This document shows, piece after piece, positions 42,401-54,400 of a stretch of DNA of 64,000 nucleotides (its first letter is position 1; every line of letters starts with the position of its first letter). Source of the stretch: Botryllus schlosseri (Eukaryota); the NCBI GenBank assembly GCA_051294905.1, contig CM119371.1, positions 31,250,001 through 31,314,000 of the forward strand, given 5' to 3'. Under the pieces are notes generated by a model. It was given only the letters and a program-made list of their open reading frames with translations, ran no database searches and was not told the DNA's origin. A program made the translations under genes and the position numbers.

Positions 42401-45400
42401 TGGAAAATCTCAAATATGTGCGTCTCAACTCTCAATGTGTCATTCTATTGATATTTGATTGAAAAAACATCAATGAGCCCGCAAGAAGTTGACAGAAAAG
42501 TCGTTAGGACTTGGCGCAAAGCTTTTGAAAGTAGCTATCGAAGAGTGGGCGTGCCAGCGACCAAAGAACGGTGAGTAGAATAGCAATCAGGCAATCAGGG
42601 CTCTTGGTTCACTAATCGGCTATGCTTCAATGCTCTCGTGGGGGGCGGATTGCAGATTAGTTGCTCAAGGAGTCTGTTAACGGCGGCTGTACCTGTATTG
42701 TAGATTGGTTGGGAGACAATAGTTTAAGATTGATTCAGGACATGTTGAGTTACGAAATACATGATGAACAAACAACGGCTGCTTCACAAAAGCCTTTGAA
42801 ACATGACTGGCTTATTTAGAAAGAAACGGATGTAGCTTACATGCATTTTTTTCATCTAAGGAAAGCACAGAACACACGGGGAGAAATATTGCAAAGTCGC
42901 ATATGCAAGTAGCGAACGAATTTCCCGTTTCAGAATGGCTGCACCGTTACATTGAGCTCATTCACACGGTTAAATCGTCTCGGAGCTGAGTCTTCTTGGA
43001 GTGACGTCATTATACGGCTTGTCAAAGTGCTGAAAATCCGATTGAATTTACATGGGCAATGGGCATATGTTTTCGCGGCTCAAGTGATACAGCTCTTTGA
43101 GATTGAGCTCGAGGATTATGCTACGCCAATTGCAATAAGCAGAAGTGCCTTTACGCAATTCTAGGATGATCAAGCACACCTTGCATATTCTTCCTGGTAC
43201 TGAATTGGGCAAGTTATATTTTTTCGCTAGTTATACTAGCAGCTAGTCTGGTCTTACCTTAACACATTTTTCTGTGGCATCATTGGGTACTTTGACAGCA
43301 TTTACGGGTGGATTTATTTTGCTGTGGAAACTAATAAGTGCCCGGCACAAACGGTTTAATCCGACAAGCCTTAAAGAACTTAAGACTTCAATTATATACC
43401 ACGACTGGAGCCTAATAAGATTGCACAACGTAGTGTCATTGTTAGGATTTATACTTGTATTCAATGATGGTGGCTCCCTTCCCGCGACCTGTGTGAGCAC
43501 CATTGCAATATCTCTTCCCGTTTTTCTGTGCTTTCCTCGATGGAAACAAGACATGTGTGCCGTAGCGGTTTCCTTCACAAAAAGCCTGCCGTGCTTTAAA
43601 GACTTAAGTGAAGCAGCTGTTTTTTTCATCGTGTATATCGTAATTCAACATTTCCTGAATTAATCTTTTATCGTTATCAGCCAATCTACCTAATATGCGC
43701 TTACAGAATCACCGTCTCCACCATCCTGTTCATTAAAGATTCGCCGATTAGTCAGTCAAGGAACGTGACATTATCGCCGTTTTATGGTCGCTGACACGCC
43801 CACTCTTCGACAGCTACTTTCAAACGTATTTGATGCCTTCTATCGATAATCTATAGCAGGGACGGGAAAACTTTTTAGCTCGCTAAGTCGAAATTCAATA
43901 TTGATTTTTTACTATATAGTGACCGACAACATGGAAATAATATATGTATTTGTATATTTAAAACAAACCAAACATTGATTTGATGATAACGTACACGCGC
44001 CTGAAACATTGACGGGGATTTATAAGCTGCATGGTCGTCCTCATTGTCAAAATTAGGGAAGAAAGTCGGTTGTCCCCAGTCTCCAGAACTGGGTGAAGAT
44101 TTGTGTCTGTGAGCTGCTCATATATTCGCTGATTGTACTTTTGGTTTAACTCAAGGACGCACAATGCTGACAATATCATAACCAGGTTACCTGTAAATAC
44201 GGTGCGGTTCTACAATATATAAATATTGTAGATATAAATGCTTCTACACATGCAGCGAACGAAGCTTTCCTAACAATTCGCGAATCGGTTTTTCCAAGTA
44301 CAGCATTGGAAATAATAAACTTGCTCGTATTTCCAATCTAAAATAACACTCGTGGTCCTAATTAAGTGATTTACGTTTCACTTTCTGTCATGTTTAGCAA
44401 TTGGAACCTTTAAAAATGCATGGGCCGCGAGGTCGGGCTATCTCGCAATCAATAAAATAAAATAAAAATACTATGGTAAGAATATAAATTATCATTATCA
44501 TGTTGAAATATAGTGAGATTGACAGATAGATCATTTATTAGATTCGTCTCACCAGGAAAACTTGAAAAATTCAAATAATCGGTATGGACAGGGTAGGGAC
44601 GATACGACCGGGTGGTCATCTAGTCAATCCCTTCCCTAAGGAGCATACAAATTATATCTCACGACACCAGAGACGAGACAGAACGAACACAATGGTAAAT
44701 TTCAAAAACACAAAAGTCTTTTTAGGAAAAAGTTTAATCTAGTAAACACAGTAATTTGATTTTTAGTACGCATTTTATCAATATTTTACCGTTTCTGGAG
44801 GCTTTCGTGGGCCGCACTAAACGGTGTTGCGGGCCGTAGTTTGCCAACCCATGATATATAGAATCGGACACTGCAACTGACCGTATTTGAGAAATTCCAA
44901 ATTTTGGACCACCCTAATATATAGGTATATTTTTGTATGGCTTTGATGTAACATCTGCATCAGCCGACACTGTATGATGCTACGCCGCACTCACTATAGT
45001 TACACATCGAAACGCCATCGCATATATCTGCGTCAAATATCATGCACTGCCGCCCCCATCGATGACATATTCTGCCAGTAAAGTCAGTCGTCTCTGGCAG
45101 GTTAAATTCGTCGCTTCCATCTCTAAAAATAGACATTAAAAGGCAGTGTTGGGCTGACTCAAGGCGAGTCATAACTTGACTCGTGTCACTGCAATAAAAT
45201 GACTTGACTTGACTTGATTTTGACTAGGAACAGGCACATGAGAAATATCAAATGACTAGTGAGTCGGAGTAGGATTTTGGAGTAAACTTTCAGTACAATG
45301 AATTATTTTGTTAAAAAAATATTCTGAGCCTTTCGGCTGATGCACTGAGAATAATAATCATGTATCTATTTACGTTTTCAATGTGGTCAATTCAATTAGC

Positions 45401-48400
45401 ACAGCTTAGACATGTACGCCCCTAATTCCGCTATATTAGGCCTGACTACAGAGTCATTATAGTATCATTACATACAGCTATGCACAAATAAGTGTCGCTA
45501 AAGTGAAACAAGCTGAGAGATAGTGCTGAATGCAAGGGTCCAGGTCTTCCCGCAATACCATCGAATTTCTATGATGGTTCTGATTGCCAAGCGAACGCTG
45601 TTCTGTTATTTTTATATTTAATAATCACGTCTGCTGCAGGGGTTTTCAGTATTTTTCGCTAATGACCAACCAAAATAGCAAAAAAGGTCGCTGACCTATT
45701 TAAATTTAGATGAAAAAACCTTTAACATCATAATATATAAATCAAATCATTTGAGTCAATTGACAATTTACAATGCACTCAAATTTGATGAGAAGGTAGT
45801 TGTTGCAATTTTTCCAGAAGACGTCGCGTTATAAGCGCAATAGATGAGAGTTACAAGTTTATGTCAGACGAAACATCAAGTCTGTTGCGTGGTGTGGAAT
45901 TTCCGTGTATAATTGAGATGAATACGCTGAATCATACAGCCCCGCTGTGGTGAGAGTCAGTAGTTTTATAACACAATTTTACGATGACGGACTCATCTTG
46001 GAATATGTCACGACAAACCAGAATCAAAAATAATAATAATTAAATAACTATTAGCTCAATTAGGCCTTCTTGAAAGTCGTCATATACTTGCTCAACAACG
46101 ATACGAAACCTATTCCGACAAAATTTGAAAGCATATCCACTTAATCTCTGAAAAGTAGAAATCTGAATAGCAACGTTTATAGTGGATCGAGGGCTGCTAC
46201 AATTCAGAGAAACGATAATGTCACTATCGTAATATCAGGACGGGCTTCTATGCTATTTACCTGCCGTTCGTGGACTCTCATTTGTTCATAGAAACAAGAT
46301 TCCCGATATTCCTGCATGTCATGCAAGCGGCATGACTGACTAAAACAACGTCATGGTCGACAGGCCATAGCCTACAGGTTTAAACCTACATTTTATTGAG
46401 TACTCACTCTTAACGAAGTGTGTAATCACACTTAATAGGTGGCACACGAATATATAACCTATCTAAGAACTATATCGTGGTTATAAATTATACGTGCTTT
46501 GTTGTGACCTTTCGAGAAAAACCCTCTTGATATACACACGGTTTTCTAGGCTTTTGTTGACTAAAGGTGTAGACAAAGCTACAAAGAATAGAAACTTTTA
46601 AATCAAGTAAATCAGGAAACACATGCTACTCTCGGAACGCCTTATACCAGAATGATCAACAAACTGAAGGACAAACGGATGAAATAATTACGAAAGGAAA
46701 TGACGCATAGATAGACACCTGGTGGATGCATAAAACACCACTTGCTTATATGTGAATACCTTCCTACGGCCCTACGTACAAGCAACATCTGGATTAAAAT
46801 GTTGGGTTTTATTTATACAGTTATGTAAGTCTGAGGTTCAGATTTCATGTATAATTTGTATATTCACACCCGTAAATCACGGGTGGTACATTGGTGGTAA
46901 TACACACATTTTTCTTTAAAAGTGTAATCTCTAGTCTAGAGCAGGGTTGTCAAACTCAAATTGCCTCGCGGGCCGGATTCAAGCCTTGAGATCGCTCGCG
47001 GGCCGCACCAGTCAACTGATTAAAATATATTACCTCATGCCATTGCTTCTCACTTGAATACTTTATTATCAAAAGCATATAAAGATAATACACGGATCAT
47101 AGCGGATTTATTCTAGCATTTCTATTCGCGAGCAATGCAATTGGCAAAAATATTACAGTTACGAACCGCTAAAACGGTGAGGCTAATGACGATATAAGAT
47201 GGCATTTTCGATGCTCCCTTTGCTTTGGTCGTGATCTGAAATTAGCCCTGCGTATGCGTTGTGATGAATACACGATGTTTAACTGTAACCGCGGACGTTG
47301 AATTTTGGTTTTATTATATCTCGAAATCTGGGGACCTATTCGGTTAGAAGTGACACAGCAGTGCGACCATTGATACTTGAATTATATATTTGTGTAACTG
47401 ATATATTCTCCATGAAAGCTACATATAACGGTTCCTCATTGGCTTTTTCGCGTCTGTGAATAACTACCTTTTCGTCCATTTTTACACATAACTCTGAACT
47501 CAGTGTGCTCTTTTTGCTTTCTTGAAATTGGGTGTTAATGTCACTGAATTGTTCCCAGTGACTATTAGTGTGAAACCACGACGCCGCGGTCTAGTGGTTA
47601 TGATGTGGCCTATGAACAATGAACATGCTCGACATTTGCTGTATTCAGGGATTATTTATGGGAAATATTTTATCTAAAATATCTCCACATTCGTTACAAA
47701 TGTGCTGGATAATATAACCATTTTTCAATCATCGCAGAATTGCTTCGCGGGCCGGATGAAATTGCCTGGCGGGCCGTATGTTTCACACCCCTGTGATATG
47801 GCTGAGCAATAACGTTTGAAACAATAGGTCAATCCGGAAAATGATCCAAGACTTTTGAGTGTTATTTTCCTGTTTTAGCAGACCACCATTGACGCATACA
47901 TTTGCTCTTTCGAAGATTTTATTTTAGAACCTCAAATGCAGCATTGACTCTATTTTTTACAAGTAAAATTATAATATCCGAAAGTAAATTATAGTTAATT
48001 TCAACGACCTACCATACTTTTAGTTAACTTCCAAATCACCCACAGTGTTAATTTAGTATCCGATAAAACTTCGTCATTTTACTTATGGTACTAATAACAT
48101 GGAGAGGGGTTCAAACCGTGATATTTTATGGAAAGGTGTGATGAAGAAAAAAAAAGTTTATGAGTCACCGTTCAATACCAAAACTATTATTTGCTTCTGA
48201 TTGTGGAAAATTTATACGTCTTGGGATGCGGTAGCCAGGACCGTAACTGCCGCACCCCAAACCCCTCAATTGAGGAGGACGTAGCTCGAAGGAAGCCCAA
48301 AATTATTTCGTGAATTAACATAGATTATATAATTATAGATTAATTTTTTGAAAATTTATGCAACTATTTGAATTTTTTTGCTCTATGTGCGATTTACGGG

Positions 48401-51400
48401 TGTCAAATATCTTGATTGTTGGGTACGCTTTCCCAGCAAAGAAAATACGCATGATCTATAGAAATGGGCATTTCGTCGCCACGATATCAAGACATATGAA
48501 GTTTTAGGCCATGTAACATGCGACCCCAAGAGGTGTGCCAGAACGATCGGCAGCGAGAAAATCTTGGCCGCGAAGGACTTTCCATAATTGCTGGCAGGGT
48601 TGTAACCAAGTCACATGGTTCCGAGTCACGAGTCAATCTTACTTTTGTGGTATTGACTCGAGTCAAGTCGAGTCATTTTCAATTCATCACCGAGTCGAGT
48701 CCGAGTCCAAGTCACCGTTTAAAGGGTCAAGTCCGAGTCATAGTGTTATGACTCGAGTCCTGGTCCAAGTCACTGCATTGAAGTCATGTTAAACTCATGT
48801 TTTCAATCCTGAATTAGCTTATAGCTTATGGAGAAGCAACCAATTCACGTCTACATACTATCTGATATAGAACCAACGAAGTCACGTCTAGATACCAGCT
48901 GATAGAGAATCAACAGATGCATGTTTATGTAGAGCAGTGGTTCTTAACCTTGCCACCAGCGCCCCCCAGGGGGCGCTGGCGATCTTGAAGGGGGGCGGAA
49001 ACGCTCAGGGGGCGATATGGGGGGCGCTGGGCTCAGGGGGGCGGTATGGGGGGCGCTGGAGAAAAATGGCTTCGCAGTAGATGATGTGGTGATAGGACAT
49101 ATCCTTAATGAGTATTCAGAGCAAATTAACACCGAAAACTGCGTTACATATAGCCTTCAAAATACATATAGGTTTAATTGTCCATGGGCGCCTAAATGAC
49201 TGACACCGAATGTTCCTGTCTTGGCAATCTGAACCCCTGAAGTCGAATTCCATCTGGCAGGGAAAAATTATATGTCAGTGAAGAAATACCAATCTGAAAT
49301 CGTGTGCGTCTTTTATAGTTTAGTACGATTGGGCGACAGGGATATTCCTGTTGGGCGATATCCCCGTTGAGCGATTCTATATTTTTTGATATTGCAGACA
49401 GGGGGTCACGAAATAACATCATGCAACGAAGTCATACCAATGGGTTCGCCCGCCCGAATATGTTAATTATTAGTAACGGGCCCAACAGTTTCCAAGAAAC
49501 CTCACAATGTTCGCTTTTAAGTTTTTATGAGTCTGCGCACACTCAACAACTCACTGCGCTGACCCTTGGACAACAGTGCGTAACGACTAAAAAAAGGTAT
49601 TAACTTCGGATTTGTTGTGCGCAAAGTAGATTTTCTGTGTGCAGAGACCGTGTCAGCACTGCGCACGTGCGCAGCTTAGAGGGAACATTGCACCTCACTC
49701 AGCTCTACCGGTAAATGTGTTTACGTGAGCAGAGAGAGGATAAAAATTGATCTCAATTTACATGCAATTCCCGATGATATTGACCAATTCAATCATTAAT
49801 TATTGGAATTTTTCGCACTTCGCGCGAATAGGCGAAAATAGCTGCCTCAGTAAATGGACAGTGGACACCCAATGTATAGATACCTAATAGGAAATCAGCA
49901 AATAGCGGACAGCCTAATGGGGGTCTGGGAGTGAAGTCCCCCGGAAGTTTGGTGTATCACCCGATTGGGGCCCATGACCAACGTTTTTTTGGGGGGATCT
50001 GACGAAGTGCTGTTACGGCCCTGGTAACGAATAATTGTACCTGCGGGCACGCCAGAATATGTTCAATTATTTATTACGTGTCCTTTATTTTCCTATACAA
50101 CAGCTCACTCAGTGCTACTGGTAAATCTGATTACGTGGGCTGAGATGATAAAAAGTTTATAGCGACTTATAAATGTAATTACCACATATTCATTCATGCA
50201 TTATGGAAAATTTTGGTACCTTACCTAGGGCGACCAGGCCACACGAACTTAGCTGACCATCAAAATCACGGTATGCGGTTCGTGGGGGCGAATACCCTCA
50301 GAAGTTCGGTTTATCACGCTATGGGTGCGCAAGGCGATCGTTTTTAGGGGGGTTAATGAAGTGCTGGTACGTCCCTCCCTCTTACTCATTGTCTTTATTA
50401 CATTCCTTACAATATGAAGTTGGGGGGGGGGCGCTGGAGCAGGATAATTTTTGAAAGGGGGCGCTGGAAGAAAAAAGGTTAAGAACCACTGATGTAGAGG
50501 TACAGTTTTTCTTTCACATTATCAGGTGGTTGACTAAAAAAGGGTCAGCTTTCCTGGTCAGCTCCCGAAATAGCCGCCGGAGCGTTACTACTATGAGAGA
50601 AAATTTTGGATTAATTACAAATAGAGATTTTCGAATTTTACCGGCTACCTCATGATATTGGTATATTGTGTAAAAATATGATTCATAACAAAATCGGCTC
50701 AATTCATCCATTTATTTTCAAAAATATAATTTTCTCCTCTCATATCACTGATTCAACTTTTTAAGATTATGCCAGAGGCAGTGTTCTTTTTATGCAACAT
50801 AACAATTTTATCAAGTAGCCACCCAGTAAAATGAAAAAGAAATTATTTTTGAACAGCCCTATTGTACAAACATCACACAACATTAGCCATTCATTATTAC
50901 TCACGTGCACAATGCACATACCTAACAAAACGTAAAATGGACGGAGGGTATTGTGTGTTTTCATAGACAGCAGATCAAATCATTGCGTTACACTTCAAAA
51001 ATACTAAAGTGGAAAGGAGATCCTCATATATGTTGTAGCTACGTGTCCTTGGAATAAATCCACATCTACTCAATTCACGTTCCACTGGTGCACTAGATAC
51101 AGGGATTGACAAGCATTTTTGAACCACATTGAAGAGCATTAGATACTCATTCTTTCTAGTCGCCCGAAAATGCAAAGAATCATCGCCGTCAAATCTACAC
51201 ATGAGCTTATCAGTCTCTTGCAAGTACTTGACCATCTGAGTCATTTCATTGGCTCTAATTGAACTTTGCTTCGATTGTTTGTATAATTGAAAAGTCTTGA
51301 GTACTTTGATTGCGGAGGATCTATTACATCTTCGTCACAGGATGATTTTGTACAATGCTTTGCTACTATATGTACCATTGTCTGTTGTATTTACGGCGGC

Positions 51401-54400
51401 ATATCTGATATTAGACGAGTGCAACGAAAGCAGCGGTGACAAACAGCGATGTCGGCAGAATTCGTCAGATACGTTGATCTAGCCCAGTGGTTCCCAACCT
51501 TTTTCGACCCATCGCCCCCTTTTCAAGGTCAACACCGATCATCGCCCCCCAAAAATTTTGTGTACCGAAAACTGGGCATACAAACTCTAATCACCGGCGA
51601 GTTGACTAAAAAAAAAAAGAAAAAAGGTCAAATGGTCGGCTCGATGTCTAAATTTACACACTTTTGTAACAAAATTTCCGTGGGATGACTAAAAAAAAAA
51701 AAAAAAAAAAAAAAGGTCAGCCGTTTTGACGCGTCATCGCCCCCTATCGCCCCCTTCGTTATTTTCGCCCCCCGTCGCCCCCTTTGTCCATTTTCGCCCC
51801 CCTGTCGCCCCCTTCGTCATTTTCGCCCCCCTAGACCGCCAAATCGCCCCCTGGGGGGCGATATCGCCCACGTTGGGAACCACTGATCTAGCCATTACGA
51901 TTCGCAAATTTCTTCATCTTCAAGTCATATAAAATAAGCCGACTCAATGACTTGGGTCGAGTCATGCGTAATGACTCGAGTACAAGTCGAGTCAATCCAA
52001 ATATTGACTCGAGTCGAGTCGAGTCATTTTCCCATTTCAAGAAAATGACTCGAGTCAAGTCGAGTCACCAAAAAATCGTGACTCGAGTCGAGTCATGACT
52101 CGAGTCATTACAACCCTGTTTGCTGGCCGAAAACTTCGATATATATACATATAAGTTTAATTTTCCATCGGCGGCTAAATGGCAGGCGCCGAATGTTACT
52201 GTCCTGGCAATCTGAAACCCACAAGATAAATATCGTCCCACAGAGAAAAGACATTTGCCAGTGCAGAAATACCAATTTGAAAGCGAGTGCTGTTTCATTT
52301 TGTACGTTTGGGCGATTTCAATATCTTTTGACATAGCAGACAGGAGGTCACAAAATAACATCATGGAACGAAGTCATTTTACCAACGGGTATACCCGAAT
52401 ATGTTTATTCATTATTTAAGGGCCCTATATTTTTCAAGACACACCACTCAGCTCTTTCACGAAATCTGATTACCTGATCAGAGAGAGAGAATAAAATTGA
52501 TAGCAATATATATGCAATTCTCGATCATATTGACCAATTCAATCATGGATTACAGAAAATCCTCGCGCTTGCCGTGCTTGGGCGATATGAGCTGACTGAA
52601 CTAACCGCACAACAAATCTCGCTGATAAGCAGCCGTAAACACTTTAGGGTGATCGGAGTCTTGGAGGCGAAGCACCGACAAGTTTGCTTTGTCACCCTGT
52701 GGGGGGCACAAGACTAATAATGTTTTTTCATGGCCCGACGAAGTGCTGTTTCAGTCCTGGAAGTAACACGAACCGAGCACTCTGAACCGTACGCATACCA
52801 CAGTTTCGGGCTTTTGATAGGTGATGAGACGATTTTGATGACTAATCTTCAAAACCACTCTCTTACTTGTGTCGAGTTCAAAGCCAACCAATTCTATTTC
52901 CACTTGAAGTAGTTTTAGACTTCTTCCAAAATCACTTTCTACTCCTACTTGAGTAGAATTCTGCGTCGATATTTCTACTTCTCCTTGAGTAACTTTATTG
53001 AGTACGTTGACCAACTCAGACTTATTTCGTCTGAGTAGTTCTGAAATTACAATGCACTATAAATTCGAAAGATTAATCGTTAGCTAGCCTTAATTTCTCT
53101 GAAACTGCCCATTAACTCCATGACTAAAAATGATTAAATCTCGGCAATTGAAATTGGCTTGAATTTAAAAAATAATATTTCTGTTTAATAGACTCGGGAC
53201 ATCCGACATTTAATATAAAATAGTTAACGCTCCTCCGCCCGCACAATGAATCGTATGTATTACTTACTCGCAATTTGTAATTCCATTACAAAAGTACTCT
53301 GCCGGAATACATTTCTTCCCATTGGCGCAGGCAAATTCGTTCGCTTTACACGAGCTGCCTGGAAATGAAGAAACGCGACAATGTCAAAATGGAATATCGC
53401 TTATTCCACGTGTGAAAATTTAGTATACGACATCTCGTTCAAAAGTCTTCAATGTTGTTCTCTCTCTTAGATTTTTTTTCACCGTAACAATCATTTTATG
53501 TGTGACGCACTGCTATAAGGCGTTCGCAATCCTTTTCATTTCCCAGCCACCACTGCAATCATGAATATATATATATATATATATATGATTCTTGGAGCTC
53601 TCTCAGCTTTCCATCAAGCCATCACCAGAAGAAGTAGCTAGCTGTGTTCGCGATGGAATACGTAAAAATTTAGATTTGTACCTTGCGGCATATTTTGTGT
53701 ACTTATAGTGCATTTTCGACATAAAAATTAAACGTTTTCGGGCATATACACCGAGGTGGTGGCGAGATAGCGCAGTGGTATTATCCGCGGCTGCAACACC
53801 AGCGGGTGAGGTTCGATTCCAACCGAGGTCGACTTCAGAACTCCTACCTAAGTGTTGGAGGTTTATCTAGGCTCCTCCTCGTCACCTCATACGCCTAAGT
53901 GGTGTCTTACAAAAAGCCTGTAAGTGGGCCGTGCTATAAGACGGCAGTAACGGGAAAAATGAAAAATATCGGCCTGGTGTATATGACCATAGTAGTCGAC
54001 AAACACCATGGATACCACAAAACAAACACCGACTCATGAATGTCATGATATACATACAAACGATCAGTCTATACTGTGTATATATCAGAGGTGGTCAAAG
54101 TAGCCACCGTCGCTACTCAAGTAGAAGTAGAAGTAACGCCAGAATTTCTACTCAAGTAGGAGTAGTGGTTTACAAGTAAGTAAGTAGGTATTCTACGCTT
54201 ATTTTTGCCTACAAAACTGAAAACTGTCAAGTAGAAGTAGAAGTAGTCTAAAATCATAACTACTTAAAAAGTAGTGTGAGTAGGCAAAATCTACTTCAAG
54301 TACTTCAAAAAGTAGAAGTACTTCGTTACTGACCACCTCTGGTATATATACCATTATTCCATGATGCTCATATTTCGCTGGACAAGGAGGGTGCAGTATA

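Larger units (their letters stand above)
48595..52118 (-). mobile_element. CAGGGTTGTAA-family hAT with transposase dimerisation-domain remnant and two nested MITEs
   Basis: TIRs, TSD ATTGCTGG/TTTGCTGG; ORF 50975..51244 LSIPVSSAPVERELSRCG..LLSTLVFLKCN. Confidence 0.85.

Noticed and set aside
43243..43663. Overlapping 128/129-aa ORFs on both strands as a nested gene
   Set aside because: They overlap one arm of a decayed inverted repeat whose other arm has stops; no recognisable domain
53761..53832. tRNA gene (A and B boxes, GCA-like loop)
   Set aside because: The acceptor stem does not pair, and it continues into a SINE body, tail and TSD
53975..54008. SECIS element (AUGA...GA core)
   Set aside because: The upper helix is only 2-3 bp with no AA apical loop, and it is intronic, antisense and part of a SINE tail
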